A DNA stretch of 49,275 nucleotides, taken from positions 1-49,275 of the forward strand of contig JAGVYA010000021.1 of assembly GCA_018303505.1 (NCBI GenBank). Direction: 5' to 3'. Positions 1 through 10,449 of the stretch are shown piece by piece (positions within the stretch are counted from its first letter, which is position 1; the number at the start of each line of letters is the position of its first letter). The notes under the pieces were generated by a model. It saw nothing but the letters and a program-made list of their open reading frames with translations. It made no database searches and was not told the DNA's origin. Origin of the DNA: Candidatus Woesearchaeota archaeon. Lineage in GTDB: Archaea > Nanobdellota > Nanobdellia > Woesearchaeales > GW2011-AR4. The position numbers and the translations under genes are program-made.

Positions 1-36
1 CAAATATTTATAAAGACGATTATTTGACATGCATCT

Positions 37-1650
37 ATGAAATTAAACAAAAACTATATTCAAACTTTCATCTTCATACTTGTCTATCTTTTTGCCATTT
101 ATTTCTGGTCGCAGCCTTATCAAGAAAGAAAACTTCCTTATGGCGAGTATGATGCAATGTCGCATTTTGAAGTAGCTGATTACATGGCTTACAATGACAA
201 GTCATTTCAAAAACTGCCTCCTTATATTGATTTGAGATATGGATTGGACAATAAATTCAAGCCACATACTTTATGGTATCCTCCACCATTTCATACATCT
301 CTTGGCATTATAGAAGTGATTGCAGGCGATAGGGTAATTCCAATCTTCTTGCTTAATACAATAATGTCAACATTTGTCATAATAAGCGTTTATTTTGTTG
401 TAAATTCTTTATTCGGATTTCTGCCAGCAATCTTGTCAGCATTATTGATAATTTTCTCTCCACGGGATTTCATGCCTTATTTGTGGGGGCAATGGCCAGA
501 GAGATTTGCATACGCATTTGTGCCAATAATCCTTTATTGTTTTTACAAGTATCTAATAAACTATTCAAAAGAAGATAAAAAACCAACATATCTTTACTTA
601 ACAGCCTTATTCCTTGGCATAAACCTGCTTGTGCACCCTCTTGTTTTCTTCCACTCTATTCTTGGCATAGCAGTGCTTTACGTATTTTTGGCTATAAAAA
701 AGAAAAAGATTATCTTTAACTGGAAGCATTCGCTGATTGCAGCAATCATTTTTTTGGTGATTTTCTTGCTCTTTCCTTACCAGACATTTAATGTTTTTTC
801 AAGCCTTGTTGGGCCAAGCTCTGATACAGAAGGCAAAAAATCAATAGACTTGTTAAGGCTTTTCCAATGGTCTTTAAACCCAAGTGATTACGCTGGCAGT
901 GTGCCTCCTAGCTACTTTTCCTTTAGGGAGATGCATGGGCTTTGGACACTGCCTTTTTTGCTCATTGGCATAATATTCTTAGTTTTAAGAAGGGAAGAAA
1001 GGGATGTGTTTTTGATTGCATGGCTTGTAAGCCTTTACATTGCGCTTCATAGAGATATTTTTGGAATCACGTTTTTCTTGCACCGATCATTGTCTGCAAC
1101 TGCACACATATTTGCTCCTTTGACTGCGATTGGCGCAGTTTATCTTGCTAATGCTGTAAAGCTCCCTTCGAACTATAACAAATACCTTAAGTACATGATT
1201 GCTGCAGTTTTTGTTTATCTTGCCTTGTCAATAAACATGGCAAGCGCCTCAAAAATGCTGAACAAGAACACATATAATGACTTTTTTGGCACATTAAATC
1301 AAGAGGAATATGAGGCAGCTCAATGGGTGCTTGAAAATGTTCCGCAGTCAGTGAATGTAACAGTACTTGGAATTCCCTACCAATCAAATGTGTTGAGCGT
1401 CACATCTAAGAAAATAAGATGGTTCGCAGCTGTGTCGCAGCATGTAACAAGATTTTATTATTATCTTGAGAATAAGGAAGAAGTTTTAAAATCCAAAGAG
1501 TGGTATGTGATGCTGGACTATACAATGTTGCCAGCGCTTAAGGACGTTGAAACTTTCAATAATATGCAGAAATTTGAAAGCGAAGCTTTGGCAAACCACA
1601 CATTAGCATATAATAAAAATAACATAAGGGTGTATAAACTTGCTAAATAA
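37..1650 (+). CDS. Multi-pass membrane protein, probable GT-C fold glycosyltransferase
   Basis: 537 aa with many hydrophobic segments, an acidic motif after TM1 (GEYDAMSH), a WYPPPFH motif and a soluble C-terminal domain ending in YNKNNIRVYK. Paralogous to 2326..3966. TATA-like tttataaa at about 7-14. Confidence 0.7.
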   Translation: MKLNKNYIQTFIFILVYLFAIYFWSQPYQERKLPYGEYDAMSHFEVADYMAYNDKSFQKLPPYIDLRYGLDNKFKPHTLWYPPPFHTSLGIIEVIAGDRVIPIFLLNTIMSTFVIISVYFVVNSLFGFLPAILSALLIIFSPRDFMPYLWGQWPERFAYAFVPIILYCFYKYLINYSKEDKKPTYLYLTALFLGINLLVHPLVFFHSILGIAVLYVFLAIKKKKIIFNWKHSLIAAIIFLVIFLLFPYQTFNVFSSLVGPSSDTEGKKSIDLLRLFQWSLNPSDYAGSVPPSYFSFREMHGLWTLPFLLIGIIFLVLRREERDVFLIAWLVSLYIALHRDIFGITFFLHRSLSATAHIFAPLTAIGAVYLANAVKLPSNYNKYLKYMIAAVFVYLALSINMASASKMLNKNTYNDFFGTLNQEEYEAAQWVLENVPQSVNVTVLGIPYQSNVLSVTSKKIRWFAAVSQHVTRFYYYLENKEEVLKSKEWYVMLDYTMLPALKDVETFNNMQKFESEALANHTLAYNKNNIRVYKLAK

Positions 1651-1978
1651 TGAGTCAAAGGAGTCAATGGTATTTTTGTTAATTACAGTATTAATAACTC
1701 TTGTTTTTTCATATATATTATTTGGAGTAACTGGAATTAGAGTTGTTCTTGGAGTTATTTTCATTTCATCTCCATTTTATCTTATGCTAAATAATTTTGA
1801 ACTCACAGAAGGAGAAAAATTTGTCTTTTCTATTTTATTTGGACTTACCTTATTTTCCGCTTTAGTTTATCTTCTTGGACTTGTCATTTCATTTAGAATA
1901 GCAATTATTGCAACATTCTTGGTTTTTATTATAGCAGCATTTTTAATAAGGAAATACAAACCAAAGAAACAAAGCTAA
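1640..1978 (+). CDS. Small membrane protein (DUF1616-like)
   Basis: 112 aa with about 4 TM segments and an 'L..EK...S' pattern. TTG start overlaps the upstream stop; the ATG at 1667 is an alternative start. Confidence 0.6.
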   Translation: MLNNESKESMVFLLITVLITLVFSYILFGVTGIRVVLGVIFISSPFYLMLNNFELTEGEKFVFSILFGLTLFSALVYLLGLVISFRIAIIATFLVFIIAAFLIRKYKPKKQS

Positions 1979-2345
1979 TTTTTAGTTCTTTTTTTCTTGT
2001 TGCTATAATAAAACCTGCTGCTATGATTGCTGGCGGCAGCAATATAGCATGGTACTTGATATTCAGTCCAAAGAGCCCAAGATAATAGCTTAATATGCCT
2101 GCAATGCCGGCAGCAACAGCAGTTCCAATAATCAGTCTCTCGACAAAATCCAGCTTTTCTGCCCAATAAAGCATTATGAAATAACCAGGCAAAACAAAAA
2201 GCCAGAATAACGACAAAACATTTCTAAACACAACGATTAAATTCTCATTAAAAAAGACAATTTTAAATATTATCAATCCCAATGCAAACAATATTCCAAC
2301 CTGCTTAAATTCCTTTTTTACCAGCTCAAAAAGTTCTTTTTTCAA
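1929..2345 (-). CDS. Small membrane protein (DUF1616-like), paralog of 1640..1978
   Basis: LFVLPGY...LDFVERL motif, about 4 TM segments, overlaps the end of 2326..3966. Confidence 0.65.
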   Translation of the reverse strand: MKKELFELVKKEFKQVGILFALGLIIFKIVFFNENLIVVFRNVLSLFWLFVLPGYFIMLYWAEKLDFVERLIIGTAVAAGIAGILSYYLGLFGLNIKYHAILLPPAIIAAGFIIATRKKELKISFVSLVCISLLKMLL

Positions 2346-3966
2346 TGCAATCAGCCCCTACTTTATTGTTCTTCAAAATAACCACAACATCATTCTGGAA
2401 TACAACTCCAGCACCTTTGCTTACCATCTCATTAACAATCAATAAATTGTAATCAACCAAAACCTTTTGCCTGCTAACCTTGTCAAATACAAAGTAATCA
2501 AATAAGCATACATCAGCATGGTCCTGCCAAACCAGCAAGTTTCTTGCTTCCCTTTGATGCAGACCTATCTTTAAAAAAGATTTCATATAAGGCATTCCTG
2601 CTCCATGGTCTGCAGGAAACTCAGTTGCATAGTCCCTTACGATAGTTCTGTTCTTTATCAATTCAACAAAATTTTCTGGGATAATCTGGGCATGAACTCT
2701 TTTAGAGTTGCGCAAAATAGCATCTTGGTCATACACATCACCATAAAAGAAATAAATCTTTGCATCTTCATTTGTATTTTTGCTTATCCATTGAAAAGCA
2801 TCCCAATGCCACTTGTCCATTAATCCTGGAGAAGAAATCTTGTAATAAGTGGGCACATTTGGGATTGGTACGGCATTAGATAAAGCCAAAATGAATAAAA
2901 AACTTAAAGCAAAAACAGAAACAGTCCTTAATTTTTGAGGTATAAATCTAACAATAGTGTATAAGCCAAAGCCAAAGAAGAATGATAAGTAAGTTGGCCA
3001 TAGCAATCTTGGCTGAAAAGCCCTAATCCCAAAGCCTATGTAATTAGTATAACCAATCCCTAACATATACAAGCCAGCAAGTGTAACTGTATCAAACTTT
3101 TTCAGCATTACAATAGACATCACTAAGCCCAAACCCATAAATAAAAGAAGAAGTCTAAAATCAGATAAATAAAGTATAGGAGTTCCGCCCCAGTCATTTG
3201 AAATATTGAATTTGTATGGATTGACAACCATAAAGCTATTGATGGATACAAAGAGATTATAGAAGCCTATCAAGCCTGAAATAATGCCGGCAATTATTAT
3301 TTTCTTAACAAAGCTCAGAGTAAAACTTTTTGTTAATATAAGCCACACACCATATACAAAAATAAATCCAACACCGTATATCAATTCCGATGTGTGTGAT
3401 AAAGCTAACGCACCAATAAACAAGCCTAACAAAACTTCTATTTTTTTAATTTCAATTCTGGATAGTGCCCAAAAAATACATATTAGAAATAATTGGCCTG
3501 TTATTGATGCCCAGTGCCCCCATAAAAAGCCTACGTATGTTTTGTTGGAGAATATAAGTATGGATAATGGCAAAGATAGCATAGCGATATGCTTAGAATA
3601 TTTTCTAATTAGGATGTACATTACTAAAGCTGCAAGAATTGCATTGAAAAAGACCATAAAGTAAATCGTATCGTATACAGGAATGCCTGATGCAAAATAC
3701 AACAGAATTCCCAAATGATGAATTACAGGAGGATAATATCCAATTACATCCTTGTACCCTTTAACAATGTAAAAAGGCTCGAGCCTGTAATTGCCAGCAT
3801 CTTTAATTCCTTCCACTCTGGTTTGCTGCTGAAATGCATCTGAAGCACCGTAAGCATAAGGAAAATCATGCTTTAATTTATGGTCAAAGAGGTTAGAGAT
3901 TCCCAAAAACAATAAAAGTCCGAAAATAATAACCAAATAGGGTTTTTCAAGGTTCATTTCTTGCAA
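2326..3966 (-). CDS. Multi-pass membrane protein, probable GT-C fold glycosyltransferase
   Basis: 546 aa. PYAYGASDAF, YYPPVIH and LWGHW align with motifs in 37..1650. Confidence 0.7.
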   Translation of the reverse strand: MQEMNLEKPYLVIIFGLLLFLGISNLFDHKLKHDFPYAYGASDAFQQQTRVEGIKDAGNYRLEPFYIVKGYKDVIGYYPPVIHHLGILLYFASGIPVYDTIYFMVFFNAILAALVMYILIRKYSKHIAMLSLPLSILIFSNKTYVGFLWGHWASITGQLFLICIFWALSRIEIKKIEVLLGLFIGALALSHTSELIYGVGFIFVYGVWLILTKSFTLSFVKKIIIAGIISGLIGFYNLFVSINSFMVVNPYKFNISNDWGGTPILYLSDFRLLLLFMGLGLVMSIVMLKKFDTVTLAGLYMLGIGYTNYIGFGIRAFQPRLLWPTYLSFFFGFGLYTIVRFIPQKLRTVSVFALSFLFILALSNAVPIPNVPTYYKISSPGLMDKWHWDAFQWISKNTNEDAKIYFFYGDVYDQDAILRNSKRVHAQIIPENFVELIKNRTIVRDYATEFPADHGAGMPYMKSFLKIGLHQREARNLLVWQDHADVCLFDYFVFDKVSRQKVLVDYNLLIVNEMVSKGAGVVFQNDVVVILKNNKVGADCIEKRTF

Positions 3967-3984
3967 TTATTATAATATAAAATC

Positions 3985-4875
3985 TTATATTTTCCTGGCA
4001 TACATAGTCATTTTATAAAAAGGATTTACATAAATTCTTTTATTGCTTAAATTAAGAATATCAGATAATTTTTCAATAAATCCAAATATTTTTTTATTAT
4101 AAATCTTGCCCCTTTTTATTGCAGAATCCACAGAAAAATATCTTCCAGCGCTTTCTGTCCTTAAGACTTTAAAATTATTCAACTCAAGCATACTTTTTAA
4201 TGTGGACTTTGAAAAGAAATAAATATGCTCTCTCACCCTTTTAACCTCTTCCCAGTTCCTGCCAAGAATTTTTGCTGATAAGCTTCCAATGTCTGGCGTT
4301 GTTATGACAAGCAAACCATTTGGCTTTAAGATCCTTCTTATTTCTTTTATTGTTGCATTTGGGTTTGGCAAATGCTCAATCACATCGAATAATGTGACAA
4401 CATCAAAGCTTTCATTTTTAAATTTAGCCTCTTCAAGAGCATTATTTAGTACTGGAAGCTTTAACTTATTTTTTGCGTACCTATAGGCAGCCTCGGATAT
4501 TTCCATACCTTGCACTTGCCAGCCATTTTTCTTTGCCAGTTCTAAGAAAAACCCATATGCGCATCCGACATCTAGTAATTTGCCACCTTTAAGGTAATTC
4601 TCTATTTGGTCAAGACGCTTTTTGAATGTCGCGACTATAAAATCTTTTTCTTGCAGATACTCGATATATCCCCAAAGACTTGATTTTGCGCCGTTAAATG
4701 CTGGATTTTTGTAATAATTTTTGTTGTATATTTTATGCAAGCTTACTGGCTTTAGCCTTGGGTTGACATATGCTAATCCGCAGTTTCTGCATTTAACAAT
4801 ATGAAACCCGTTAATATTCATTAATGGCTTAGTCGAATTTGAGTTGCATAAATTGCAACTGACAAATTCCATCAT
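3985..4875 (-). CDS. Class I SAM-dependent methyltransferase with N-terminal Cys (Zn) motif
   Basis: CxxC...CxxC, LLDVGCAYG, FDVVTLFDVIEH, LKPNG. Start moved to the ATG overlapping the upstream stop (ATGA). Confidence 0.9.
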   Translation of the reverse strand: MMEFVSCNLCNSNSTKPLMNINGFHIVKCRNCGLAYVNPRLKPVSLHKIYNKNYYKNPAFNGAKSSLWGYIEYLQEKDFIVATFKKRLDQIENYLKGGKLLDVGCAYGFFLELAKKNGWQVQGMEISEAAYRYAKNKLKLPVLNNALEEAKFKNESFDVVTLFDVIEHLPNPNATIKEIRRILKPNGLLVITTPDIGSLSAKILGRNWEEVKRVREHIYFFSKSTLKSMLELNNFKVLRTESAGRYFSVDSAIKRGKIYNKKIFGFIEKLSDILNLSNKRIYVNPFYKMTMYARKI

Positions 4876-7178
4876 TCTTCTTTCGTTGTAATCCATTTCC
4901 TTTTCAGGATAAATATCACATATATAAAGATTATCAGAATTGTAAATATAGAAATAAAGAGCCCTCGATTAAAAGCTTTAGGATAATAGGTAAATTTAAT
5001 AGCGCCGGGCTTATAAACATATACAGAACTTATTATGCTATCAGCCTTCAAAATATCAATATTTCTGCCATCTTTCTCAGCTAACCACTCTTCAAAACCA
5101 GAGAACCTTTCGCTTAAAACTAAAAAGCCTGTGTTTTTTGGCATTAATTCTATTTCATTCACAGAAATTGTTTTTGAATCGACTTCAATTAAATCGCCTT
5201 TAAGAGAACTGAGAAAATTTTCAATTGCAGAAATATCAAGTGTGTTTTCATTATTTAGTATGTCTGGAAATATTTTGCCGCCGGAATCTTTATATTGTTT
5301 CAATAGCTGCAATGAATTTTGGTCTATAGAAGTTCTTGTTAGTATTACTGCATTAAAATTTTTCAAGAAATTAATATCATAATCATTGATTTTATTATGC
5401 GAGCCTTGGATTACTACAGTTGTTTTGGGATTGAAGTTTTTGTTGAGTAGAATAGAATAAATAAGCTCTTCTGAAGGCATATTCTCGCCAATCACCAGTA
5501 CAGCATTTTTCACAAAATAAAACCTTGGCATAAAATCTTCATTTTCGTAAAGATAAGGGCCATCTATCCATTCCGTCGCTCCTATTAATTCATTGCATGG
5601 AATGCACTCCTCAAATTTCCTTACCAGCTTAAATCCAGGCATGCTAACTTTTTGGGTAGAAGTTGCATACTTCAGGTTTAATATCCCAGCTAATTTTGAA
5701 AAGTTATAGCTTTTCGCCACTGCTAAATACATAGTAAAATCATTAAACCAAACTCCACCGCCTCCAGATAAAGTTTCAAGTCCGTATTGTGCATAATAGC
5801 TGCTTCCGTAAAAAGACACCAAATCATTAACATCAAATGTGGTAATTCTGAATTTTTCATTCTGCTGCTGTAGATGCTTAGCAAGCTCATTTTGCTCAAG
5901 CTGCTCTTTTATATTAAAGCCCTTTGGCAAACCTTTCGCAACAACTAGCTCAATTAAAATCAAGAATATAATTACAACAAAAAAAGCATTTTTTATTTTG
6001 TTCGAAACATTGAATTTTTTTGACATTATTTCAGCTAAAAGACTGAAACCATAGCCTGCTAAAATTGAAATTGCAAAAACAAACACAAATAAAGATCTTC
6101 CGATATGCCTTGTCTGTGAAAAAACGGGTACATAATCATAAAAGAATCTTGAAATAAAGCTGCCGCTTCCTAACAATAGTATAAATGCAGAAGTTAAAAT
6201 TAAGAAAAACGCCATTCTTTTCTTCCATAGAGACAATGAAACCAGTGCTAAAACAAAAGCAGTAACTCCAAGATATGCACTCGAAAATGGTTTAGTGAAT
6301 ACTAATATTTTAAAAAAATCCTGAAAAACAAATCTGTCACCGCCAACATACTCCTCATAAGAAACGCCAAATGCTCTATTTGTTTTATTTATGAAATCAA
6401 AGCCCGGCAGTAGCTTTACTGCGGCAATTCCAAAAAATATGGTGAAGGTAATCAATCCGATTACAAACAATTTTAAAAGATTTGAAGTAAAATTCTTGTT
6501 AATTGAGCTAAAAGCAAAATACAATCCAATAAATAAAGTTGTATAAATAAAAACCTGGGCTCCTCCTGAGAAGATTTGGAAGGCAAGCAAAATTCCTGCA
6601 GCAATCGAGTAATTGACAGGATTTTTTGATTTTCTTGCTTTTAGTATGCACAAAAATATCAATGGCATAAGCGAGTAGGGCTCTAAAATGCTTGGATTGC
6701 CGCCTGTAATAAACCCGTATATCAAGCCATTGAACATAAATATAATCGCAGCAATGAAAGCAGGGCTTCTTGAGCCAATAAGGTGTTTTGCAAGCAAATA
6801 CATACCTAAGCCAGCAATAAAAAAATAAATTAATGTTGAAAGATTAATGGCTAAGAATATATTTTTGAGCAATATCATAAATATGTGTGTAAGATTCAGA
6901 AAAAAAACCTGCCCATCGCCAAAAAGAGGCTGCCCGCTGTACCAATAAGGTGTCCAAAAGGGCAAAGTTCCATCTTTAAGAGCTGTTTTATAGTTGTATA
7001 TGAAAAATGTCTGCTCATGGAGATAATGCCCGTTGTTCATAAGAGTATTAGTGCCTATGACATTCTTGAAGAAAACCAAAGAAAGCAAGAATATTATCAG
7101 CACTGCCAATAAGTCATTTTTATTGCCCAATATTTTGCTTTTAAATAATGCTCCTAAATCAAACTTGATTTTTATCAC
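4872..7178 (-). CDS. YfhO-like membrane glycosyltransferase (GT-C)
   Basis: 768 aa. LPFWTPYWYSGQP, IAGLGMYLL, YENEDFMPR and a C-terminal FTYYP followed by a TM helix. Confidence 0.8.
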   Translation of the reverse strand: MIKIKFDLGALFKSKILGNKNDLLAVLIIFLLSLVFFKNVIGTNTLMNNGHYLHEQTFFIYNYKTALKDGTLPFWTPYWYSGQPLFGDGQVFFLNLTHIFMILLKNIFLAINLSTLIYFFIAGLGMYLLAKHLIGSRSPAFIAAIIFMFNGLIYGFITGGNPSILEPYSLMPLIFLCILKARKSKNPVNYSIAAGILLAFQIFSGGAQVFIYTTLFIGLYFAFSSINKNFTSNLLKLFVIGLITFTIFFGIAAVKLLPGFDFINKTNRAFGVSYEEYVGGDRFVFQDFFKILVFTKPFSSAYLGVTAFVLALVSLSLWKKRMAFFLILTSAFILLLGSGSFISRFFYDYVPVFSQTRHIGRSLFVFVFAISILAGYGFSLLAEIMSKKFNVSNKIKNAFFVVIIFLILIELVVAKGLPKGFNIKEQLEQNELAKHLQQQNEKFRITTFDVNDLVSFYGSSYYAQYGLETLSGGGGVWFNDFTMYLAVAKSYNFSKLAGILNLKYATSTQKVSMPGFKLVRKFEECIPCNELIGATEWIDGPYLYENEDFMPRFYFVKNAVLVIGENMPSEELIYSILLNKNFNPKTTVVIQGSHNKINDYDINFLKNFNAVILTRTSIDQNSLQLLKQYKDSGGKIFPDILNNENTLDISAIENFLSSLKGDLIEVDSKTISVNEIELMPKNTGFLVLSERFSGFEEWLAEKDGRNIDILKADSIISSVYVYKPGAIKFTYYPKAFNRGLFISIFTILIIFIYVIFILKRKWITTKEE

Positions 7179-7512
7179 CTGATTTATATTTCTTCATAAA
7201 AAAATAAAAGACAAGCGCAAGGTTCATGGCAAGATATATATTATTGAACAAATAAATTAACAAAAGATTCAAATCAAACATGTAATTTTCAGGAATAGCC
7301 AGCAACGGATGACCAGAATAGAAATAAGGTGTCCATAAAGGCAGTTCATTATTTTTGAGGGCTTCTTTTGTATTGTAAGAAACAAACATTAAGTCATTGA
7401 TATAGTGAACATTGTTTAATATTACATCTCTATGCAGAATGCTATTTAAGAAAAACAAACTCAAAATAAATAGAACAGCAATAAATATGATATGTGCATT
7501 AATTTTTCTCAT
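7159..7512 (-). pseudogene. Internally deleted YfhO-like paralog (N-terminal ~105 aa fused to a C-terminal tail)
   Basis: LPLWTPYFYSGHP...IYLAMNLALVFYFF aligns with the N-terminus of 4872..7178, then ends abruptly in MKKYKSGDKNQV. Confidence 0.65.
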
Positions 7513-7513
7513 T

Positions 7514-8983
7514 TCACAAATACTCTATCCCTTTTGACTCTTCTTTCCACAAGCCAAGCGCTTCATGAGCCCACTTAAAAGGGTGCTCGCCTCTTTTAAT
7601 TAGCTTTGAAATGATTGACATTTGTTTGTAGCCAACATTACTGCCATAAAGCTTCTTAGCGCTTCCCATTTTTTTAATTAATGCAGCATTATTTGTTATA
7701 TGTGCTATCAATCTTACCATGTAATTGCTGCTTATAGGCGGCACAAGGACATTGCTTTTTGCGTCATAAACAGTTTCTGGTCTGTCTGTGCTGACTCTGC
7801 ATGTCAAACATGCTTTTCCAATCAAATTTAGCTCTTCCTGCACACCACCAGAGTCGGTTAAGGCAGCCAAGCAATTTTTCGACTCAAAAAATTCAACAAC
7901 ATTAGCGTATTCCGGCCATACATTTGTATGCAAAAAGTTTTTATATTTTCTAAGCTTGTTCATTATATCGCGCATTTTGTAATAATCAAGCGCATTTCTT
8001 GTTGCACTCATCTCAATAAAATTGACATTATACCCTTTTTTTACCAAATCTCTTGTGGTTTCAACTATTGCCTTGAACCTTCTAGGCGTTAAATTTTCTC
8101 TTCTATGGATATCAACTCTTAACCATTGCCCTTTCTCAAGCTGAGGATAAACGTCAAAAACACTCCTCTCTGCTTTTTCCTTTCTTTTCAATTCAAGCGC
8201 ATCCACCACAACACCGCCAACAACCCATATGTTTTTTTCATGATAGCCTTCTCTTAAGAGATGTTCTTTGTTTAGCTCTACAGGCGCAAAAAGATATTCA
8301 CTTCCTGCCGCAGAAGTGTAAGTGTCCCATTGCTCTGGAAAAGGCTCATTTCTAAGCAACAGCCATTTGCCGTAAAATTGCTGGTCAATGAAGGTTTCAA
8401 TATCAACATCTTTGTAGCGCTTCATAACCTCAGGGGCCATTGAGCGCAACCCAGCTTCTACTTGCACAGCTTTCTCAACCCTTGAAAACATCCATGCAGC
8501 TGGCACAATTGCAGTCATGATTGTGTCGCCTAATACAACAGGAACAACCGTCACATTTGGCCAATTCTTTTTCAAGTATCTTGCAAACCAGCTTACTTTC
8601 ATCAGCAATTCAGCTGATTTTTGAGCTAAGTCCCCTCTTATTGCAAGATTGCATGCAATTTGAGTTTGCAAATTGAATTCTGTCAAGCCTCTTGTCAGCA
8701 CATCATCATAATGCTGGTTGGAGTTTATTATGAAGTTTGGAATTCCAAGCTTGTTGGCGGCAACTATTGAGCCGTAAAACTTGTAAAAACAAGGCTTTGT
8801 TCCAATAACAAATATAAGCACCCATTTTTTTTCTTTTTTGGCTTTTTCCATTACAGAATGTATAAGCTGTTTGTTCAAATTCAATGGAAGAATGCTCGGC
8901 AAAAAGCTCTCTGTTTCTTCAACTTTGCTTCCAAACATTGACTCATACGCATCTGTTACTGGAAAAGTTTTTTGTTTAGCCAT
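7514..8983 (-). CDS. wecB: UDP-N-acetylglucosamine 2-epimerase family protein
   Basis: GTKP, QHYD, VLGDT, VEAGLRS, PFPE, HRREN, TDSGGVQEE, TDRPE. Confidence 0.88.
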   Translation of the reverse strand: MAKQKTFPVTDAYESMFGSKVEETESFLPSILPLNLNKQLIHSVMEKAKKEKKWVLIFVIGTKPCFYKFYGSIVAANKLGIPNFIINSNQHYDDVLTRGLTEFNLQTQIACNLAIRGDLAQKSAELLMKVSWFARYLKKNWPNVTVVPVVLGDTIMTAIVPAAWMFSRVEKAVQVEAGLRSMAPEVMKRYKDVDIETFIDQQFYGKWLLLRNEPFPEQWDTYTSAAGSEYLFAPVELNKEHLLREGYHEKNIWVVGGVVVDALELKRKEKAERSVFDVYPQLEKGQWLRVDIHRRENLTPRRFKAIVETTRDLVKKGYNVNFIEMSATRNALDYYKMRDIMNKLRKYKNFLHTNVWPEYANVVEFFESKNCLAALTDSGGVQEELNLIGKACLTCRVSTDRPETVYDAKSNVLVPPISSNYMVRLIAHITNNAALIKKMGSAKKLYGSNVGYKQMSIISKLIKRGEHPFKWAHEALGLWKEESKGIEYL

Positions 8984-8984
8984 T

Positions 8985-9719
8985 TTAATTGCCTCTCATT
9001 CTTATATCAATCCACAATTTAAACATCTCCTTCAAAATATCTATAACCACTTTCGGCTTCGGTAGGTTTAAGCCTATTTTCCATTCAAAAACAGGCTTGC
9101 CTAAGATTCTTGGATAATGATTTACACCAATCTCCTTTATTTTAAAACCCCTTTTCCTCGCTTTAGCTAGTAGTTCAGTTGTTGCAACTCCTGTGCAGCA
9201 TATTAAGCTGATATTGTTTATAACTCTTTTGTTGACTAACCTGAATGCACAATCCAAGTCGCGCTCTTTTGTACCAAATAAAAGACGCATCATTGCATTG
9301 TAAATTCTTGATATTATAATCCTTGTCTTCGGGTCATGCCTTTTAATCCTGTAACCTGCAATAATATCGTAATTATCTATATAGGGTAAAAATTTCTTAA
9401 AATCGTTTAAATCAAACTGGTTGTCAGAATCTGCATAAAAAATATGTGGATATTTTGCATTTTTAAATCCCATTATCTTTGCATAGCCAATCCCTTTTTT
9501 ATCTTTTGGCTGGAGCAAAAGTTTTATTTTCTTATTCTTGTCTGTAAACTTTTTGACAATATCTATTGTTCCATCAGTCGAGCCTTCATAAACAATAACT
9601 AAAATCTCGTAATCGTTGGCGACCTCTTTCAGAATTTTTGTTGCTGACTCAAGCAGTTTTGGAATGTTTTCCTCTTCATTATAAGCAGGAAAAAACATAG
9701 TGATATTCGGCTTTTTCAT
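8985..9719 (-). CDS. Glycosyltransferase family 2 (DPM1-like)
   Basis: FPAYNEEENI, EGSTDGT, DSDNQF, DLDCAFRL. Confidence 0.9.
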   Translation of the reverse strand: MKKPNITMFFPAYNEEENIPKLLESATKILKEVANDYEILVIVYEGSTDGTIDIVKKFTDKNKKIKLLLQPKDKKGIGYAKIMGFKNAKYPHIFYADSDNQFDLNDFKKFLPYIDNYDIIAGYRIKRHDPKTRIIISRIYNAMMRLLFGTKERDLDCAFRLVNKRVINNISLICCTGVATTELLAKARKRGFKIKEIGVNHYPRILGKPVFEWKIGLNLPKPKVVIDILKEMFKLWIDIRMRGN

Positions 9720-9720
9720 T

Positions 9721-10419
9721 TTAATCTACAAATCTGTATTTAATGAGGTAATATGCAGCTTTAATCCCATCCCTCCATGTTATTTTCTTGCCTTCCTTAA
9801 ACTTTCTTCCTACAAAACTGATAGACACTTCATGAATTTTGTAGCCTTTCTTAAGTATTTTTGCCGTAATTTCAGGCTCAAAATCAAAGCGGTTGGCTTT
9901 TAAATTTATATCCTTAATTACCTCTCTTCTAAATACCTTGTAACCAGTTTCCATATCAGTAATTTTTGCCCCATATAATAAATTTGTAATTAGTGTTAGA
10001 AATAAATTTCCAATGTAATGAAGTTTGTACATATTTTTTATATTCTTTCTTATGGCATCTAGTCTTGAACCATAAACTACCTTTGCTTTGTCTTCTATTA
10101 TTGGCTTTAGCAATTTTTCATATTCATCTGGATTGTATTCCAAGTCAGCGTCTTGTATTAGAATTATGTCTCCAGTGGAGCTTTTGAGTCCTGTTTTTAT
10201 TGCAGAGCCTTTACCCACATTTTTTTTGTGAAATAATATTTTTAATGAGATGTCATTAATGTTTTTCAATATATTCTTTGTATTGTCTTTAGAACAGTCA
10301 TCTACTACGACAATCTCCTTTGATATATTTTTTAATTTTACCTTTTTTACTTTGTCTATAACTTTCCTTATGGTCTTTTCTTCGTTATATACCGGGATTA
10401 TAACTGAGAGTTTTATCAT
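9721..10419 (-). CDS. Glycosyltransferase family 2 (DPM1-like)
   Basis: IPVYNEE, VDDCSKD, QDADLEY, DMETGYK, GKKITWRDG. Confidence 0.92.
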   Translation of the reverse strand: MIKLSVIIPVYNEEKTIRKVIDKVKKVKLKNISKEIVVVDDCSKDNTKNILKNINDISLKILFHKKNVGKGSAIKTGLKSSTGDIILIQDADLEYNPDEYEKLLKPIIEDKAKVVYGSRLDAIRKNIKNMYKLHYIGNLFLTLITNLLYGAKITDMETGYKVFRREVIKDINLKANRFDFEPEITAKILKKGYKIHEVSISFVGRKFKEGKKITWRDGIKAAYYLIKYRFVD

Positions 10420-10449
10420 GACACAAAAAAACTATAAATCTTTAAAAAA

